Below, piece after piece: positions 42,961 through 57,069 of a stretch of DNA of 64,000 nt. Where the stretch lies: contig OX597824.1 in the NCBI GenBank assembly GCA_951406725.2, positions 83,328,001-83,392,000 of the forward strand, given 5' to 3'. The DNA comes from Octopus vulgaris. Lineage: Eukaryota. The translations under genes were made by a program, and so were the position numbers. Positions within the stretch are counted from its first letter, which is position 1. Each line of letters opens with the position of its first letter. The notes beneath the pieces are model-generated. The model saw only the letters and a list, made by a program, of their open reading frames with translations. It was not told where the DNA came from and did no database searches.

Positions 42961-43683
42961 AGACTCAAAGTGTGGAGGCACATGGCCTAGTGGTTAGAGC
43001 AGCAAACTCGCAGTCCAGGGATCGCGGATTCGAATCTCAGACCAGGCCTTGTGTGTGTTTATGAGCGAAACACCTAAGCTTCACGCGGCTCTAGCAGAAG
43101 GTAATGGCGAACTTCTGCTGACTCTTTTGCCACAACTTTCTCTCACTCATTCCTCCTGCATCTTGCAGCTCACCTGTGATGGACTGGCGTCCTGTCCAGG
43201 TGGGGAACCTATATGCCAAAGAAACCGGGAAACCGGCCCTTATGAGCCAGGCATGGCTCGAGAAGGAACAAACAAACTCAGAGAGTGGCACTTGTGTTGT
43301 ATAAGCATTTATCTCTATAATCCAATGACATATAAGTGTCTCTATAGGGTGACTTCATTTGTCATTCTGTCTACTGGAAATTCTATGACAATGGGTGAGT
43401 GGTGACATGTGCAGACCTAAGCAGTCAGAAGCACGCAGTAAGTTACAGCTTTTGTCTGTCACCTATGCTTCAAGCCATGCAGCTTTGCAATGGGACTGAA
43501 TAGTCATCTGAGAGGTCATGAGTGGAAAGTCAGAAATGCCGTTGACAATGAGGAAGCACAAAGAGACAGCAATCATCTGTGAAGATGGGACAATCACCAT
43601 ATGTATGTTTGGGTATGTGTGTGTTGGTATATCTGTGTGTATATATGTATGTATGTATGCATGCATGTTTGTATATGTGTATG

Positions 43684-43717
<34 letters not shown>

Positions 43718-44941
43718 TGCATGCATGCCACTCCTGTGTTGTTCAACTTTTTGTATCTAACCCTTCTGTTATTTTTATATCTTTTATCTTTTGCTTGTTT
43801 CAGTAATTAGACTGTGGCCATGCTGGGGCACCACCTTCATGACTTTTTAGTCAAATGAACTGACCCCCACTACTTACTTTTTTTTAAGATATATATATTA
43901 TATTTACATTATATATAATGCGTGCACGTGCTTGTTTTTGCACATATGTACATATGCACATGTACACACATATACACACAAAAACATACACATACAGAGT
44001 CACCTATCTCCTTGTATATAGTTCTACACACCAGAAAATAGTAGTAAAATTCCCCTCAAAAATCAAATGCTAACATCTTAAAAATGGAATCCATGCTGGA
44101 CAATGCCAAAAACTTATATATTTCTTCATTGCCCACAAGGGGCTAAACATAGAGGGGACAAACAAGGACAGACAAAGGGATTAAGTCGATTACATCGACC
44201 CCAGTGCGAAACTGGTACTTTATTTATCGACCCCGAAAGGATGAAAGGCAAAGTCGACCTCGGTGGAATTTGAACTCAGAACGTAACGACAGATGTAATA
44301 CAGTCAAGTATTTCGCCCGGCGCGCTAACGTGTCTGCCAGCTCGCCGCCAAAAACTTATATTCAACCGCTGCCCTGCCCTACCTGAAATGTGACTGTCAT
44401 GGTTGGGATGCCTCTAAGCACAAACACATTCATTCAGGGCTGATCTTTGGGCAAAGAAAGAACAACTGGAACAAGACGATAATCTTGAAATGTCAAGGCT
44501 GATAAAAAAGAAAAAGAGTGACATGTGTCAGTAAGGGTAGGGGCTAGTAAGAGTCAAAGAGCAGGTAAGAAAGTCACAGAATGGGTAGGAGGAGCCCAGA
44601 GGAGTAGATGGGAGGAGCTGAGGAGTGAATAGGCGGTGGAGAAGAGAGAAGTGGGCAGGAGCCCCTCTCCCCAACAAATGGCTTGGAGGAGCATGTGCAG
44701 GAGCAGGAGCAATTAAATAGTAACTGTGCTTCAAAGGCTGCTGCTGCTGCTCCCACTGCTGCTCCAGTAACCTTGGCAACAACCACTTATTGTTGGGTCC
44801 TTGCAAGAAGAGGCCGATAAGATCCCTATTTTATCGTATGAACACTGATATACATGATGAGGATGGCGATAGTGATGATGATGATGATGACGACAATGAT
44901 GACAATGATGATGATGATGATGATGTCATTGTTGTTTTTGC

Positions 44942-44981
<40 letters not shown>

Positions 44982-46059
44982 CAATCATCGCAATTATCAA
45001 AACCCTCATTATCACCAACTTCTCGTTATCATTATTGTTGCTGTTGTTGTTGTTGTTGTTGTTGTCGATGTTGTTGTTGTTGTTGTTATTGTTATTATTA
45101 TTATTATTATTGAAAACGATTTCTTCAACTGCTACAAGGTTTTATTATAGATGAAGGGGACATTGGGGAATTAATTTTTTTTTTGTTTGTTTTTTTTTGT
45201 TTTGTTTTCGTTTAAATAATTAAATATTGATAACGATTTTTGTTGTTGTTTTAATCTTAAAAGAAAGGATCTTGTTAATTATTTATTTAATCAACGGTAA
45301 CCTAAACAACTTTAATCCTCCACCAAACCACAAATGCATGGCCTCGTAACCACATTAAAAATCCTTACAATTAGTCGTACAGTGGATCGGCAAAATCGTT
45401 ACAACATTTTGAGTTCAAATCCTGCCAAGGTCAACTTTGCCTTTCATGCTCCTGGGGTCGATAAAATAAAGAACCAGTCAAGTACTGGAGTTGATATAAT
45501 CGATGAACTTCGCTCCTTTAAAATTGAAAGCCTTCTGCCTGAATCAGAAACAATTCTTTGTGGTGCTACTGTGCTGCTGAAGACTTGGTCTTTTGAATTC
45601 TTCTTTTTTTTTTTGTGCTACATTCATGTCAATAACATTCGTTGTTGTTGTTGTTTTGTTTTTAGAATGCTGAAGACTTGGTCTTTGAACTTTTCTATCT
45701 TTTCGTGTGTTTTTTTTTGGGTTTTTTTTTTTTGTAACACATTTTAAGCCATGAATATAAGTATAAAAGTATATAACAATTCTCCTTCAAGATCTATATT
45801 TGACTGTAGCTAGATCAAATACTGTTGTAGTTGTTGTTGTTGGTAGTGGTGGTGGTGGTGGAGGTGGTGGCAGCGGTGGTGGTGGTGAAGGTAGTGATGT
45901 TGTTGTTGTTGGTGGTGGTGGTGGCGGCAGTGGTGGCGGTAATGATGCTGTTGTTGTTGATGGTGGTGATGGTGGTGATTGTGGTGAAGGTGGTGGTGGT
46001 GGTGGTGGTGGTGGCGGTGGAGGCGGCAGCGACGGTGGTGGTGATGGTATTGCTTTATA

Positions 46060-46570
46060 GTACTGTCACATCACTCAAGACTGTCTTAAGTGATATGACA
46101 GTTTTTATGTACCACGTCCTTGTCAATAACATCTGTTATTTCCCCTCCAGGGCCTCTCTTTAACTGTAGATAGCACTAATATCGTCATTGTTGCCTTTAC
46201 AGAGCTGCTGTTTACTGAAGACTTGGTCTTCGGATCCCTTTGAGACACATTCTAGTCAATAACATTTTTATATTCCCCTCCAGGGCCTCTCAAACTGTGG
46301 CCATGACTAATATTGTTGTTATTGTTGTTGCTTTTACAGCACTGCCATTCACTGAAGACTTGGTCTTTGAATCCCTTTGTGATACATTCTAGTCAATAAC
46401 ATTTATATATTCCCCTCCAGGGCCTCTCTTTGACTGCAACCAGGACTAATATTGTTGTTATTATTGTTGCTTTTACAGCTCTATCACTCACTGAAGACTT
46501 GGTCTTTGGATTCCATTGCGGTGCATTTCTTAGTCAGTAAAGTTTATTAATTCCCCTCCAGGGACTATTT
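46060..46570 (+). repeat. ~135-bp tandem repeat, 4 units plus decayed copies at 45575-45790
   Basis: TCCCCTCCAGGG at 46141, 46274, 46411 and 46552; CTGAAGACTTGGTCTT recurs. Confidence 0.9.
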
Positions 46571-47829
46571 TTTACTTTGGTTTGGCCATAAATAGAATAA
46601 GAATGAATATTTCCTTTCTTTTACAGTCTTAAAGGACAAAGAAGATATTACAAACAAAATGTCTTTAGTGTATCAATTATTTTTATTTATTTATGCAGCC
46701 TTTTTAAGCCTAGCCAGGCTCATGGGCCTGGTTTCCCAGTATATACTTATATATTATCTTTTATCTTTTACTTGTTTTAGTCATTAGACTATGGCTATGC
46801 TGGGGCACTGCCTTTAAGAATTTTTAGTTGAATGTATGAACTCAAGTATTTATTTTTTAAAAGCATGATACTTGTTTTATCAGACTCTTTTGAGCACTTC
46901 CTCATTGAATCAAATAAGTACAGTCAAGCACTGGTTTGATATGATAGAGTATACCCCTTCTCCAAAAGGTTTTGACCTTTTGCCAGTGTTAAAAATCAAT
47001 ATACCCATCAATCCATATTCTCTGCCCATTATCACTGGGAGGGTTGTGGGGGCTCAAGTCCTCAAGCACCTCTTTCAATAAAGGAGCACTCCGTCGGTTA
47101 TGACAACGAGGGCCCCAGCTGATACAATCAAAGGAACAGCTTGCTCATGAAATTAATGTGCAAGTGGCTGAGCACTCCACAGACACGTGTACCCTTAATG
47201 TAGTTCTCGGGGAGATTCAGCTTGACACAGAATGTGACAAGGCTGACCTTTTTGAAATACAGGTACTACTCATTTTTGCCAGCTGAATGGACTGGAGCAA
47301 CATGAAATAAAGTGTCTTGCTCAAGGACACAACACGCCGCTGGGAATTGAACTCACCACCTTACGATCATGAACTGAATGCCCTGATCGCTAAGCCACAT
47401 GCCTTCACATCTCCTCCAATAACATTCTCTCGGAAATAACTGTTGTTGCACTTTTCAGCCGAATTCCCAATAAATATATATCATAACATGGCACGTAAAA
47501 AGCACCAGTTAAGCGTGATCATTATCAGCATCGCCTTACTGGTACATGAACAAAACATTCGAGCGAGGTCATTGCCACTGGACTGACTCCTGTGCGGGTG
47601 GCACGTAAAAAACACCATTTCGAGCATGGTCGTTGCCAGTACTGCCTGACTGGCCCTCATGCCGGTGGCACGCAAAAGCACCCACTACACTCTTGGAGTG
47701 GTTGGCATTAGGAAGGGCATCCAGCTGTAGAAACTCTGCCAGATCAGATTGGAGCCTGGCACAGCCATCTGGTTCACCAATCCTCAGTCAAATCGTCCAA
47801 CACATGCTAGCATGGAAAGCAGACGTTAA

Positions 47830-47861
<32 letters not shown>

Positions 47862-48130
47862 CTAGATATGTGCAGGCACAACAGTCAACACCTCTCACTT
47901 GAGAGTCTCTTTCACATTTTGATATTTAGTGTTTTTGCCCATTTGAGGCCTTAATTGATAGTGAACCCTCAAAGACTGAACTGGACACAGAACTATTGCT
48001 TGGTTCACGGCTGAGTGAAATTTGAGAGACAGAAATATTTTGAAAGCTTATTAGGGGAACACACCCTGATTTTGGTGGCAGATTTAATCCACTGTCCAGT
48101 TTAATATCACCACTTAGCCCATGGATGTTT

Positions 48131-48292
48131 TTAGTGGAGTCCACTCTGTTTCAAGTATCGAAGCCATGTCTCCCATCTAAGGATAGCATCATTTGTTTTG
48201 CAAGTGTTGGAGGCCCTGAAAAGGGCCATGAATGCTGGATATCTTTCTCTGATTTGATACTTTTCATTTGTTGCAACCGTTATGTATCCATG
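48131..48292 (-). other. Possible terminal coding exon or pseudogene fragment, product unknown
   Basis: Non-repetitive island; after a pyrimidine-rich stretch ending TAG, 53 codons HGYITVATNEKYQIRERYPAFMALFRASNTCKTNDAILRWETWLRYLKQSGLH*. No family recognised. Confidence 0.2.
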
Positions 48293-49167
48293 CTATCAGT
48301 ATATATGAATGGATGGAAAAATACAGGAAAATATAACAAAATACTACATGCATTGAAATGTAATACTGAGATTTGACTGGATGGAGAAATGAAAAAAACC
48401 TTTAGGCAATGATTTGTTTGGTCTTTCATAAAAAAAAACAAAAAATTAAGAGGAGGACGAGAAAGATAATTGTGAGATGTACAAAGAAAAGAATATGACA
48501 AAATATTTAAATTCTGGTGAAAAAAAATTGTAGGAAAATAACAAACTTGTGTATATTGTTGGATTATTGAAATAAAATTCTAGGAAACAATATTTATATA
48601 GCTATATTATTGAAATAAACATTGTAAAGAGAAAATATGTATAATTTTCGGCTGTGACTATGGCCTATCTCTATTACACCATACTTGCAGCCAAAAATTT
48701 TATTTTTGCCTAGCAAATTTCTTCCAACAATGCAACAACATGTATATTATATATTTTTCTCTAAGAATTATATTTCAATAATTCATTGATGCATAAGATT
48801 CTTTCCCAACTTTTTTCCCAAGAATATTGATAATTTTCATATATTTTTACAATCCTCTCTTTTTTTTTGTCCAATTATATGCATTTTTCCTAAAATTTTA
48901 TTTCAATAATCTAACGAAACGTATGATTTATTTTTTTCCCTTAGGATTAAATTTTTTTTGCCTATTCTATTCTTTATATACACTACACCCACCCCTGATC
49001 ACATTGTACACTCTCCCCCTTAACATATTTTTTCCATGCAGAACCAAACAAATTGATGTCTTATACATTTCTGTTTCACTAGCCAATCAGATTTTAGTAT
49101 GACATACACATTATTTCTCTGTCTTCTTGTCTGATATACATACATACATAGACATACATATATACGA

Positions 49168-49208
<41 letters not shown>

Positions 49209-49231
49209 TATATATATATACACACACACAC

Positions 49232-49278
<47 letters not shown>

Positions 49279-49465
49279 GGCGGTGAGCTGGCAGAAACAT
49301 TAGCACGCTGGGCGAAATGCGTATTTCAAATTCCGCCGAGGTCAACTTTGCCTTTCATCCTTTCAGGGTCGATAAATAAAGTACCAGTTTCGCACTGGGG
49401 TCGATGTAATCGACCTAATCCCTTCGTCTGTCCCCTCTGTGTTTAGCCCCTTGTGGGCAGTAAAG

Positions 49466-49512
<47 letters not shown>

Positions 49513-49980
49513 TACATATGTACATGCACACACACACACATATATTAATATTCAGTTGAAGTAAGAGTGTGGCACAAGGTCTGAGAGTTTTGTGTGTTGG
49601 CACTTATAAAATAAGGCACAGGCCAAAAACCTGTGGGTTTATATCACTGTTGATAAATTTCAACATACCTGTATCATCATCATCATCATCATCATCATCG
49701 TTTAACATCCGCTTTCCATACTAGCATGGGTTGACGATTTAACTGAGGACTGGTGAACCAGATGGTTGCACCAGATTCCAATCTTAATCTGGCAGTATTT
49801 CTACAGCTGGATGCCCTTCCTAATGCCAACCACTCCGTGAGTGTAGTGGGTGCTTTTACATGCCACTGGCACAAGGGCCAGTCAAGCAGTACTGGCAACA
49901 GCCAGTATAAGGCAGCGAGCTGGCAGAAACGTTAGCACACCGGGTGAAATACTTAGCAGTATTTCATCTGCTTCTAATAT

Positions 49981-50093
<113 letters not shown>

Positions 50094-50110
50094 TTGTGTG
50101 TGTATGTGTG

Positions 50111-50142
<32 letters not shown>

Positions 50143-50159
50143 ACATATGTGTGTGTGTG

Positions 50160-50700
50160 TGGCTCAACATCTGAAGATCATTTCTCACCACTTTAACTCT
50201 CATCATGTTGGGTCTTCCTCTTCCAGTGGGTGCAACATCCCCCACATACACACTTTTAGAGATTGGCACTTCTTTATACACCTGTCTTCATCTATATGCA
50301 TCACATGTCTATATATCAGAGCAGTCTTCTCTCTTGCACACTATCCCAATTTTTCTCTTAAAACATTTACATTTTGTTGTACCTATACACAGACATTACA
50401 CAAGTGGAATATGCTAGCTTCATTTCTTTCAAGATTCCACACGTTATCTGCAGTCACAGGCCATGTTTTACTGTTATGTAATATAGCTGTCCAACCCCAG
50501 GTATCATACAGTCAGCTTTTATTCTGACGACAAGGCACTCAGTTATCAAGAAAGGTAATAGCTCTTTGATCTTTGCACAGCCATTTCCAGCCATTTCTTA
50601 TTCTAGCAACTACACTTTCAAAGCTTTCTCTTCCACTGCTAATTTGGTTACCTAGATAATAGAAACTATCTGCTACCTCTAATGTAGCAGACAAGAACAA
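50160..50700 (-). mobile_element. Decayed RTE LINE, post-RT region
   Basis: LEVADSFYYLGNQISSGRESFESVVARIRNGW in ORF 50539-50775, then KTWPVTA, LERNEAS and LREKLG remnants. Confidence 0.75.
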
Positions 50701-50855
50701 ACTTCTCACCACACAGCTATGCCTGCACCTAAATAAATGTATACATACATACATATATAATATGCACACACACATATATACACTTTATTATTAATATCCA
50801 ACAGAATTTTATAAATATTTATCATCATCATCAACATCATCATCATCACCATCAC

Positions 50856-50900
<45 letters not shown>

Positions 50901-52060
50901 TTAACGTCCGCTTTCCATGCTAGCATGGGTTGGACGATTTTGACTGTGGGCTGGCGAACCAGATGGCTGCAGCAGGCTCCAATCTTGATCTGGCAGAGTT
51001 TCTACAGCTGGATGCCCTTCCTAACGCCAACCACTCCGAGAGTGTAGTGGGTGCTTTTTACGTACCACCGGCACGGGGGCCAGTCTGGCGATACTGGCAA
51101 TGATCTCACTTGAATCTTTTTACACATATATACGAACAAATATATACACACAAATATATAATTGTTTTCACCCGGTCTGGGAATTGAAACTGTATATATA
51201 TTTACATATATATACACACAAATATAATTCATATATTTTTATTAATATTTAACAGAATAATATATATGTGTGTGTGTGTGAGTATGCATGTCATTATTTC
51301 AGTTTATTTCTCTATCAATATTCAGATGGCTTCTAGTCCTCAATGTCAGCTAAGTTTATCTCAACTGCATCTTTAATCTGCATGTTCTCAAATGCCAGTG
51401 ACTGTTCACCAACACATCAAGCTGTTCTTGAAGAAAGGACACATAAAATATCACCAAATTTAGCCCACATATCCTGTGAATATAAATTTCTATCACAAGG
51501 CATTGACCAGGTTGAGGCTATAGAAGAAGAGACATCATGCAACATGATGGAATCAAAACTACACCATTAAGAAATGAATCTCATAATCTCATAACCACAT
51601 AGCCATGCTTGACTGAGCTCTCCAAGATATTATGTATCCATATATACATCATCATCATCATCATCATTTAGCGTCCGCTTTCCATGCTAGCATGGGTTGG
51701 GCGGTTCAACTGGGGTCTGTGAAGCCAGAAGGCTGCATCAGGCCCAGTCTGATCTGGCAGTGTTTCTACTGCTGGATGCCCTTCCTGACGCCAACCACTC
51801 CATGAGTGTAGTGTGTGCTTTTTACGTGCCACTCGCACAGGTGCCAGACGGAGCTGACACAAACGGCCAGGCAAGGCTGGCAACGGCCACGATCGGATGA
51901 TTAGAAAAAAAAACACCTTTTATCAATTCAAAATGAACAATTAAATTACACCATCTAGAAAATTACATATAATAGAAATACTAAAATTAAAATAACAATA
52001 AAATGTCAATGATTAAGTAAATTGCAAAAAATAATAATAAAAACGTATATAATTTGTAGA

Positions 52061-52146
52061 ATAACGACACGTGTTTCGTGGCTATATTTAACAAATGATT
52101 ATAGTAGTAGAGAAATCAGTTTGATATAAATATAGTCACTCATCAT
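52061..52146 (-). ncRNA. Hammerhead motif truncated at its 5' end
   Basis: Minus strand: (A)TGATGA-GTGACTATATTTA...TAAATATAGCCAC (12 of 13 paired)-GAAAC-ACGT-GTC. C3 and the 5' strand of stem I are lost at the junction with a TA-rich tract. Confidence 0.65.
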
Positions 52147-52441
52147 AAATATATATGTATATGTGGAGGCACAATGGCCCAGTGGTTAGGGCAGCGGACT
52201 CACGGTTGTAGGATCACGGTTTCAATTCCCAGACCGGGCGAAAACACCTAAAGCTCCACGAGGCTCCAGCAGGGGGTGGTGGTGATCCCTGCTGTCCTCT
52301 TTCGCCACAACTTTCTCTCACTCTTTCTTCTGTTGGCCTGCTTGCTTAGCCAGCGGGGTGGCGTCATTTGAAGGCTAAAACAATGTGAAGCACATTGTGA
52401 CCAGCGATGTGTAGCAACATCAGATAGCCTGGTTGGTCACA

Positions 52442-52478
<37 letters not shown>

Positions 52479-52616
52479 CACCAGATTGGAGTCTGGTGCA
52501 GCCATCTGGTTCGCCAGACCTCAGTCAAATCGTCCAACCCATGCTAGCATGGAAAGCGGACGTTAAACGATGATAATGATATATATGTGTGTGTGTGTGT
52601 GTATGTGTGTGTATTT

Positions 52617-52691
<75 letters not shown>

Positions 52692-53604
52692 CAGATACAG
52701 ATCTCCATGTGTTTGTGTCTGTAAGTATGTGTACAAAGATAGATATAGCGATAGATATATATGTGTGTGTTTAAATATGCATCCATATTGCATTGCATCT
52801 GGAATCCTTTATTCTGAAGGTTAGTGGGAATATATATATATATATATATCAATATTTAGATATGTACTATTACACAAGAAGGCTACTATTACAGCAGTAG
52901 ACTTCATGTACTTTTAAAGCAGCACAATGTTGTAGAAGTGGACATTATGTCTGATAGAATACTGTCTGCTGTTGATGTCACCGTTACGGTGCACTATCAG
53001 CAGTAATTATAACAATGATGATGAAAACTTATCCAGACATACATATATGCATATATAAATATATATATATATATATACTCTTTTACTCTTTTATTTGTTT
53101 CAGTCATTTGACTGCGGCCATGCTGGAGCACCGCCTTTAGTCGAGCAAATCGACCCCCCCAGGACTTATTCTTTGGAAGCCTAGTACTTATTCTATCGGT
53201 CTCTTTTGCCGAACCGCTAAGTGACGGGGACGTAAACACACCGGCATCTGTTGTCAAGCAATGCTAGGGGGACAAACACAGACACACAGACATACACACA
53301 CACATATATATACATATATACGACAGGCTTCTTTCAGTTTCCGTCTACCAAATCCACTCACAAGGCATTGGTCGGTCCGGGGCTATAACAGAAGACACTT
53401 GCCCAAGATGCCACGCAGTGGGACTGAACCCGGAACCATGTGGTTGGTAAGCAAGCTACTTACCACACAGCCACTCCTGCACCTATATATATATATATTT
53501 TATATTATATATATATACATATATATATATATATTATATGTATATATATTTTATATATATATATATTATATATATATATTTTATAAATATATATATATAT
53601 ATAT

Positions 53605-54250
53605 ATCATCATCATCATCATCATCATTTAGCGTCCGTTTTCCATGCTAGCATGGGTTGGACGGTTCAACTGGGGTCTGTGAAGCCAGAAGGTTGCATCA
53701 GGCCCAGTCTGATCTGGCAGTGTTTCTACGGCTGGATGCCCTTCCAAACGCCAACCACTCCGCGAGTGTAGTGGGTGCTTTTTACGTGCCACCTGCACAG
53801 GAGCCAGACGGAGCTGGCAAACGGCACGAACGGATGGTGCACAGGCGAGGCTGGCAACAGGCACGAACGGATGGTGCTTTTACGTGCCACCGGCACCGGG
53901 GCCAGGCGAGGCTGGCAACAGACACGAACGGATGGTGCTTTTACGTGCCACCGGCACGGATCCCAGTCAGGGCGGTGCTGGCAATGGCCACGAACGGATG
54001 GTGCTTTTTACGTGCCACCGGCACGGGGACCAGGCTAGACTGGCAACGGCCATGAATGGATGGTGCTTTTTACGTGTCACCGGCACAGAGGCCAGTCGGA
54101 TGGTGCTTTACGTGGGCGGAGCTGGCAACGGCCACGATCGGATGGTTCACTTACTTGTCACCGGCACTGGTATCACAGCCGCAATTTCCATTGATGTTGA
54201 TCGACTTTGATTTTGGTTCTGCTTTCTGATATCTGATTTGATTTGGTTTG
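53605..54250 (-). mobile_element. SINE-like family C with a (GAT)n tail and an internal ~60-bp variable tandem unit
   Basis: (CAT)n-TTTAGCGTCCG...CTGGATGCCCTTCC, then repeated GGATGGTGCTTTTACGTGCCACCGGCAC. Other copies near 2979, 5278, 5740, 20692, 30580, 36480, 47488, 49674, 50821, 51648, 52477 and 60185. Confidence 0.88.
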
Positions 54251-54267
54251 ATATGCATATTCAATTT

Positions 54268-54566
54268 TTTCTTTTTTATTTGTTTCAGTCATTTGACTGT
54301 GGCCATGCTGGAGCACTGCCTTTAGTCAAACAAATCAACCCCAGAACTTATTCTTTGCAAGCAATGGTGGGGAGACAAAGACAGATACACACACACACAC
54401 ACATATAATGGGCTTCTTTCAGTTTCCATCTACCAAATCCGCTCACAAGGCTTTGGTCAGCCTGAAGCTATAGCAGGAGACACTTGCCCAAGGTGACATG
54501 CAGTGGGACTGAACCCAGAACCATGTGGTTGGGAAGCAGGCTTTTTACCACACTGCCACTCTTGTG

Positions 54567-54614
<48 letters not shown>

Positions 54615-54769
54615 GCGTATACATATTCATTTTTTCTTTTTATTTGTTTCAGTCATTTGACTGTGTCCATGCTGGAGCACCACCTTTAGTTAAACAAATC
54701 GACCGCAGAACTTATTCTTTGTAAGCAATGGCAGGGGAACAAACACAGATACACAAACATACATACACC

Positions 54770-54809
<40 letters not shown>

Positions 54810-54825
54810 TATATATATATATGTA

Positions 54826-54868
<43 letters not shown>

Positions 54869-55419
54869 ATGTGTGGGTGTATGTATGTTTGTGTATCTGT
54901 GTTTGTTCCCCCGCCACATGGTTCCCAACCACATGGTTCTGGGTTCAGTCCCACTGTATGGCATATACGACTGGCTTCTTTCAGCTTCTGTCTACCAAAT
55001 CCACTCGCAAGGCTTTTGTCAGCCCGAGACTATAGTAGAACACACTTGCCCAAGATGCCATGCAGTGGGACTGAACCCAGAACCATGTGGTTGGTAAGCA
55101 AGCTACTTACCACACAGCCATGCCTGAGTCTATATATGTATATATCTGTGACTTGTTTCAGTCATTGGACTACAGCCATACTGTAGCACTGCCTTAAAAA
55201 CTTTTTCTTAGTTGAAATAATCAACCCCAGGACTTCTTCTTTGTAAGGCTAGTACTTATTCTACCAGTCTCTTTTGGTGAACCACTAAGGTAGAGGGGAT
55301 GTAAACACATCAACATCGGTTGTCAAGCGATGTTGGGGGGAAAAAACACAGACACACAAACATAAACACATAAATACATACATACACACACATATATACA
55401 TACATACATACGCACATAT

Positions 55420-55452
<33 letters not shown>

Positions 55453-55625
55453 TATATACATACATACATACATACATACATACATACATACATACAAATC
55501 CACTCACAAGGCTTTGGTTGGCCTGAGGCTTTAGTAGTAGACATTTGCCCAAGGTGCCATACAGTGGGGTTGAAACTGGAACCATGTGCTTGGGAAGCAA
55601 GCTTCTTACCACACAACCAGGCCTG
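54268..55625 (-). mobile_element. Three family A SINEs; two share an internal deletion and one has an inversion
   Basis: Junction TTCTTTG(C/T)AAGCAATGG at about 54355 and 54717; inverted segment 54726-54917. Confidence 0.85.
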
Positions 55626-55693
55626 CACACACACACACACTCACACACACATATATATATATATCAAAATAAGTAACAGGATATCCAGAGGTG

Positions 55694-55782
55694 ATGCAGT
55701 ACGACCGTTTCAAGCAGCTCCATTTAATTGAACAATGCAATCATTACATCAATTCAAAATGTAGAGCAATCTTCAGCTGCAT
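55694..55782 (-). ncRNA. Hammerhead ribozyme motif, CUGAAGA core
   Basis: Minus strand: ATGCAG-CTGAAGA-TTGCTC...GAGCTGCTT-GAAAC-GGTC-GTA-CTGCAT. Perfect 6-bp stem I; stem II long with an imperfect base. Confidence 0.7.
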
Positions 55783-56067
55783 AAAAATATAGAATTAATT
55801 CAAACAGTCGGACACAGTTGTATAATTTTATTTAAATCCTCTAAGAGGGTAAAAAGACTACACTGTTTTCACTTCAACTTAGAAGCTACTAAAACATCAG
55901 GAAAAAAGGGATCTTTACTTTTTGACCGACAGATTTAAAAAATAATTTTTTGTAACTAAACACTTTCAAACTTCATATACTGGTAGAATGTGTCACATAA
56001 AACTTCCTGGGAAATTCTGAGGACTTCCTGGAAAGTTCTGAGGATGAGAGACTCCCTGGAATATATG

Positions 56068-56099
<32 letters not shown>

Positions 56100-56205
56100 G
56101 TTAATCCAAACAAGAAAACACAGAAAAAAAAGAGAAAAAAACACAGCAACGCAGGACGTGGAACAATTAAAGTATTATTGACGCTCAGGAAAGAAGGGAA
56201 GGAGG

Positions 56206-56240
56206 GTTTAACGCTTCGAGCGGAGCTCTTCGTCGGAAAC
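56206..56240 (-). ncRNA. Ultra-short hammerhead-like motif (CCGACGA variant)
   Basis: Minus strand: GTTT-CCGACGA-A-GAGC-TCC-GCTC-GAAGC-GTT-AAAC. GAAAC is mutated to GAAGC in this copy. Confidence 0.4.
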
Positions 56241-56691
56241 AAGGAGAAGGAAAGATCCCAAGGAGGGAAGACAGAGGAGAAAATATATATATATATATAT
56301 ACATATACTTGCTTAAAAGCTGCCTGAAAGGGTGGTTTTTCATCTAGTATGTAACTTCTAAGCAACTAACCCCAAATGGGAAGATCTACAAACAGATCTC
56401 TGACTTGTTTTGGAGAATTTGTACCAATTGCTTCTTCCAGAGTCATATCCCAATGATGATCATATTTATCACAAAAAAATCATATAAAAAAATCACTGAA
56501 AACGATCATGGTAATGAAAAAATGGTAATACCAAATTTTGGTATTGCAGGTCCAGATTTGGCCCGGAACTCACAGACTTAGCCTGATTCCAAAATGGTAT
56601 ATGTTGGGCTACGGCCTCTAGGAGTAAAGTTGAATAAGTGTGACACACTGACATTTACATTTATTATATTAGATATAAAATATATATACAC

Positions 56692-56736
<45 letters not shown>

Positions 56737-56869
56737 TATATATATATATACATATACATACATATATATATAAATACACACACACACACACATACATGTA
56801 TACATATGCTTATACATACATACATAAATACACACACACACATATATACATACATATATGTATCTATGT

Positions 56870-56912
<43 letters not shown>

Positions 56913-57024
56913 TTCATAAATATGTATGTGTGTGTATATATACATACATATATATATATACACATACATGCATGCATACATACATACATACATACATACA
57001 TACATACATACATACATACATACA

Positions 57025-57055
<31 letters not shown>

Positions 57056-57069
57056 GCATATATATATGC

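Noticed and set aside
46210-46500. Repeated CTGAAGA in the 135-bp tandem unit
   Set aside because: No paired stem II followed by GAAAC and GTH in any unit.
53770-54140. Spaced repeats resembling a CRISPR array (also 46060-46570)
   Set aside because: Spacers are related to each other, the repeats lie inside a SINE or minisatellite, there are no cas genes and the context is eukaryotic.
55856-55901. Minus-strand CTGATG...GCTTC/GAAGT-GAAAAC-AGT-GTA, a possible extra hammerhead
   Set aside because: A9 missing, extra bases before stem II, an extra A in GAAA and no stem I; too degenerate.
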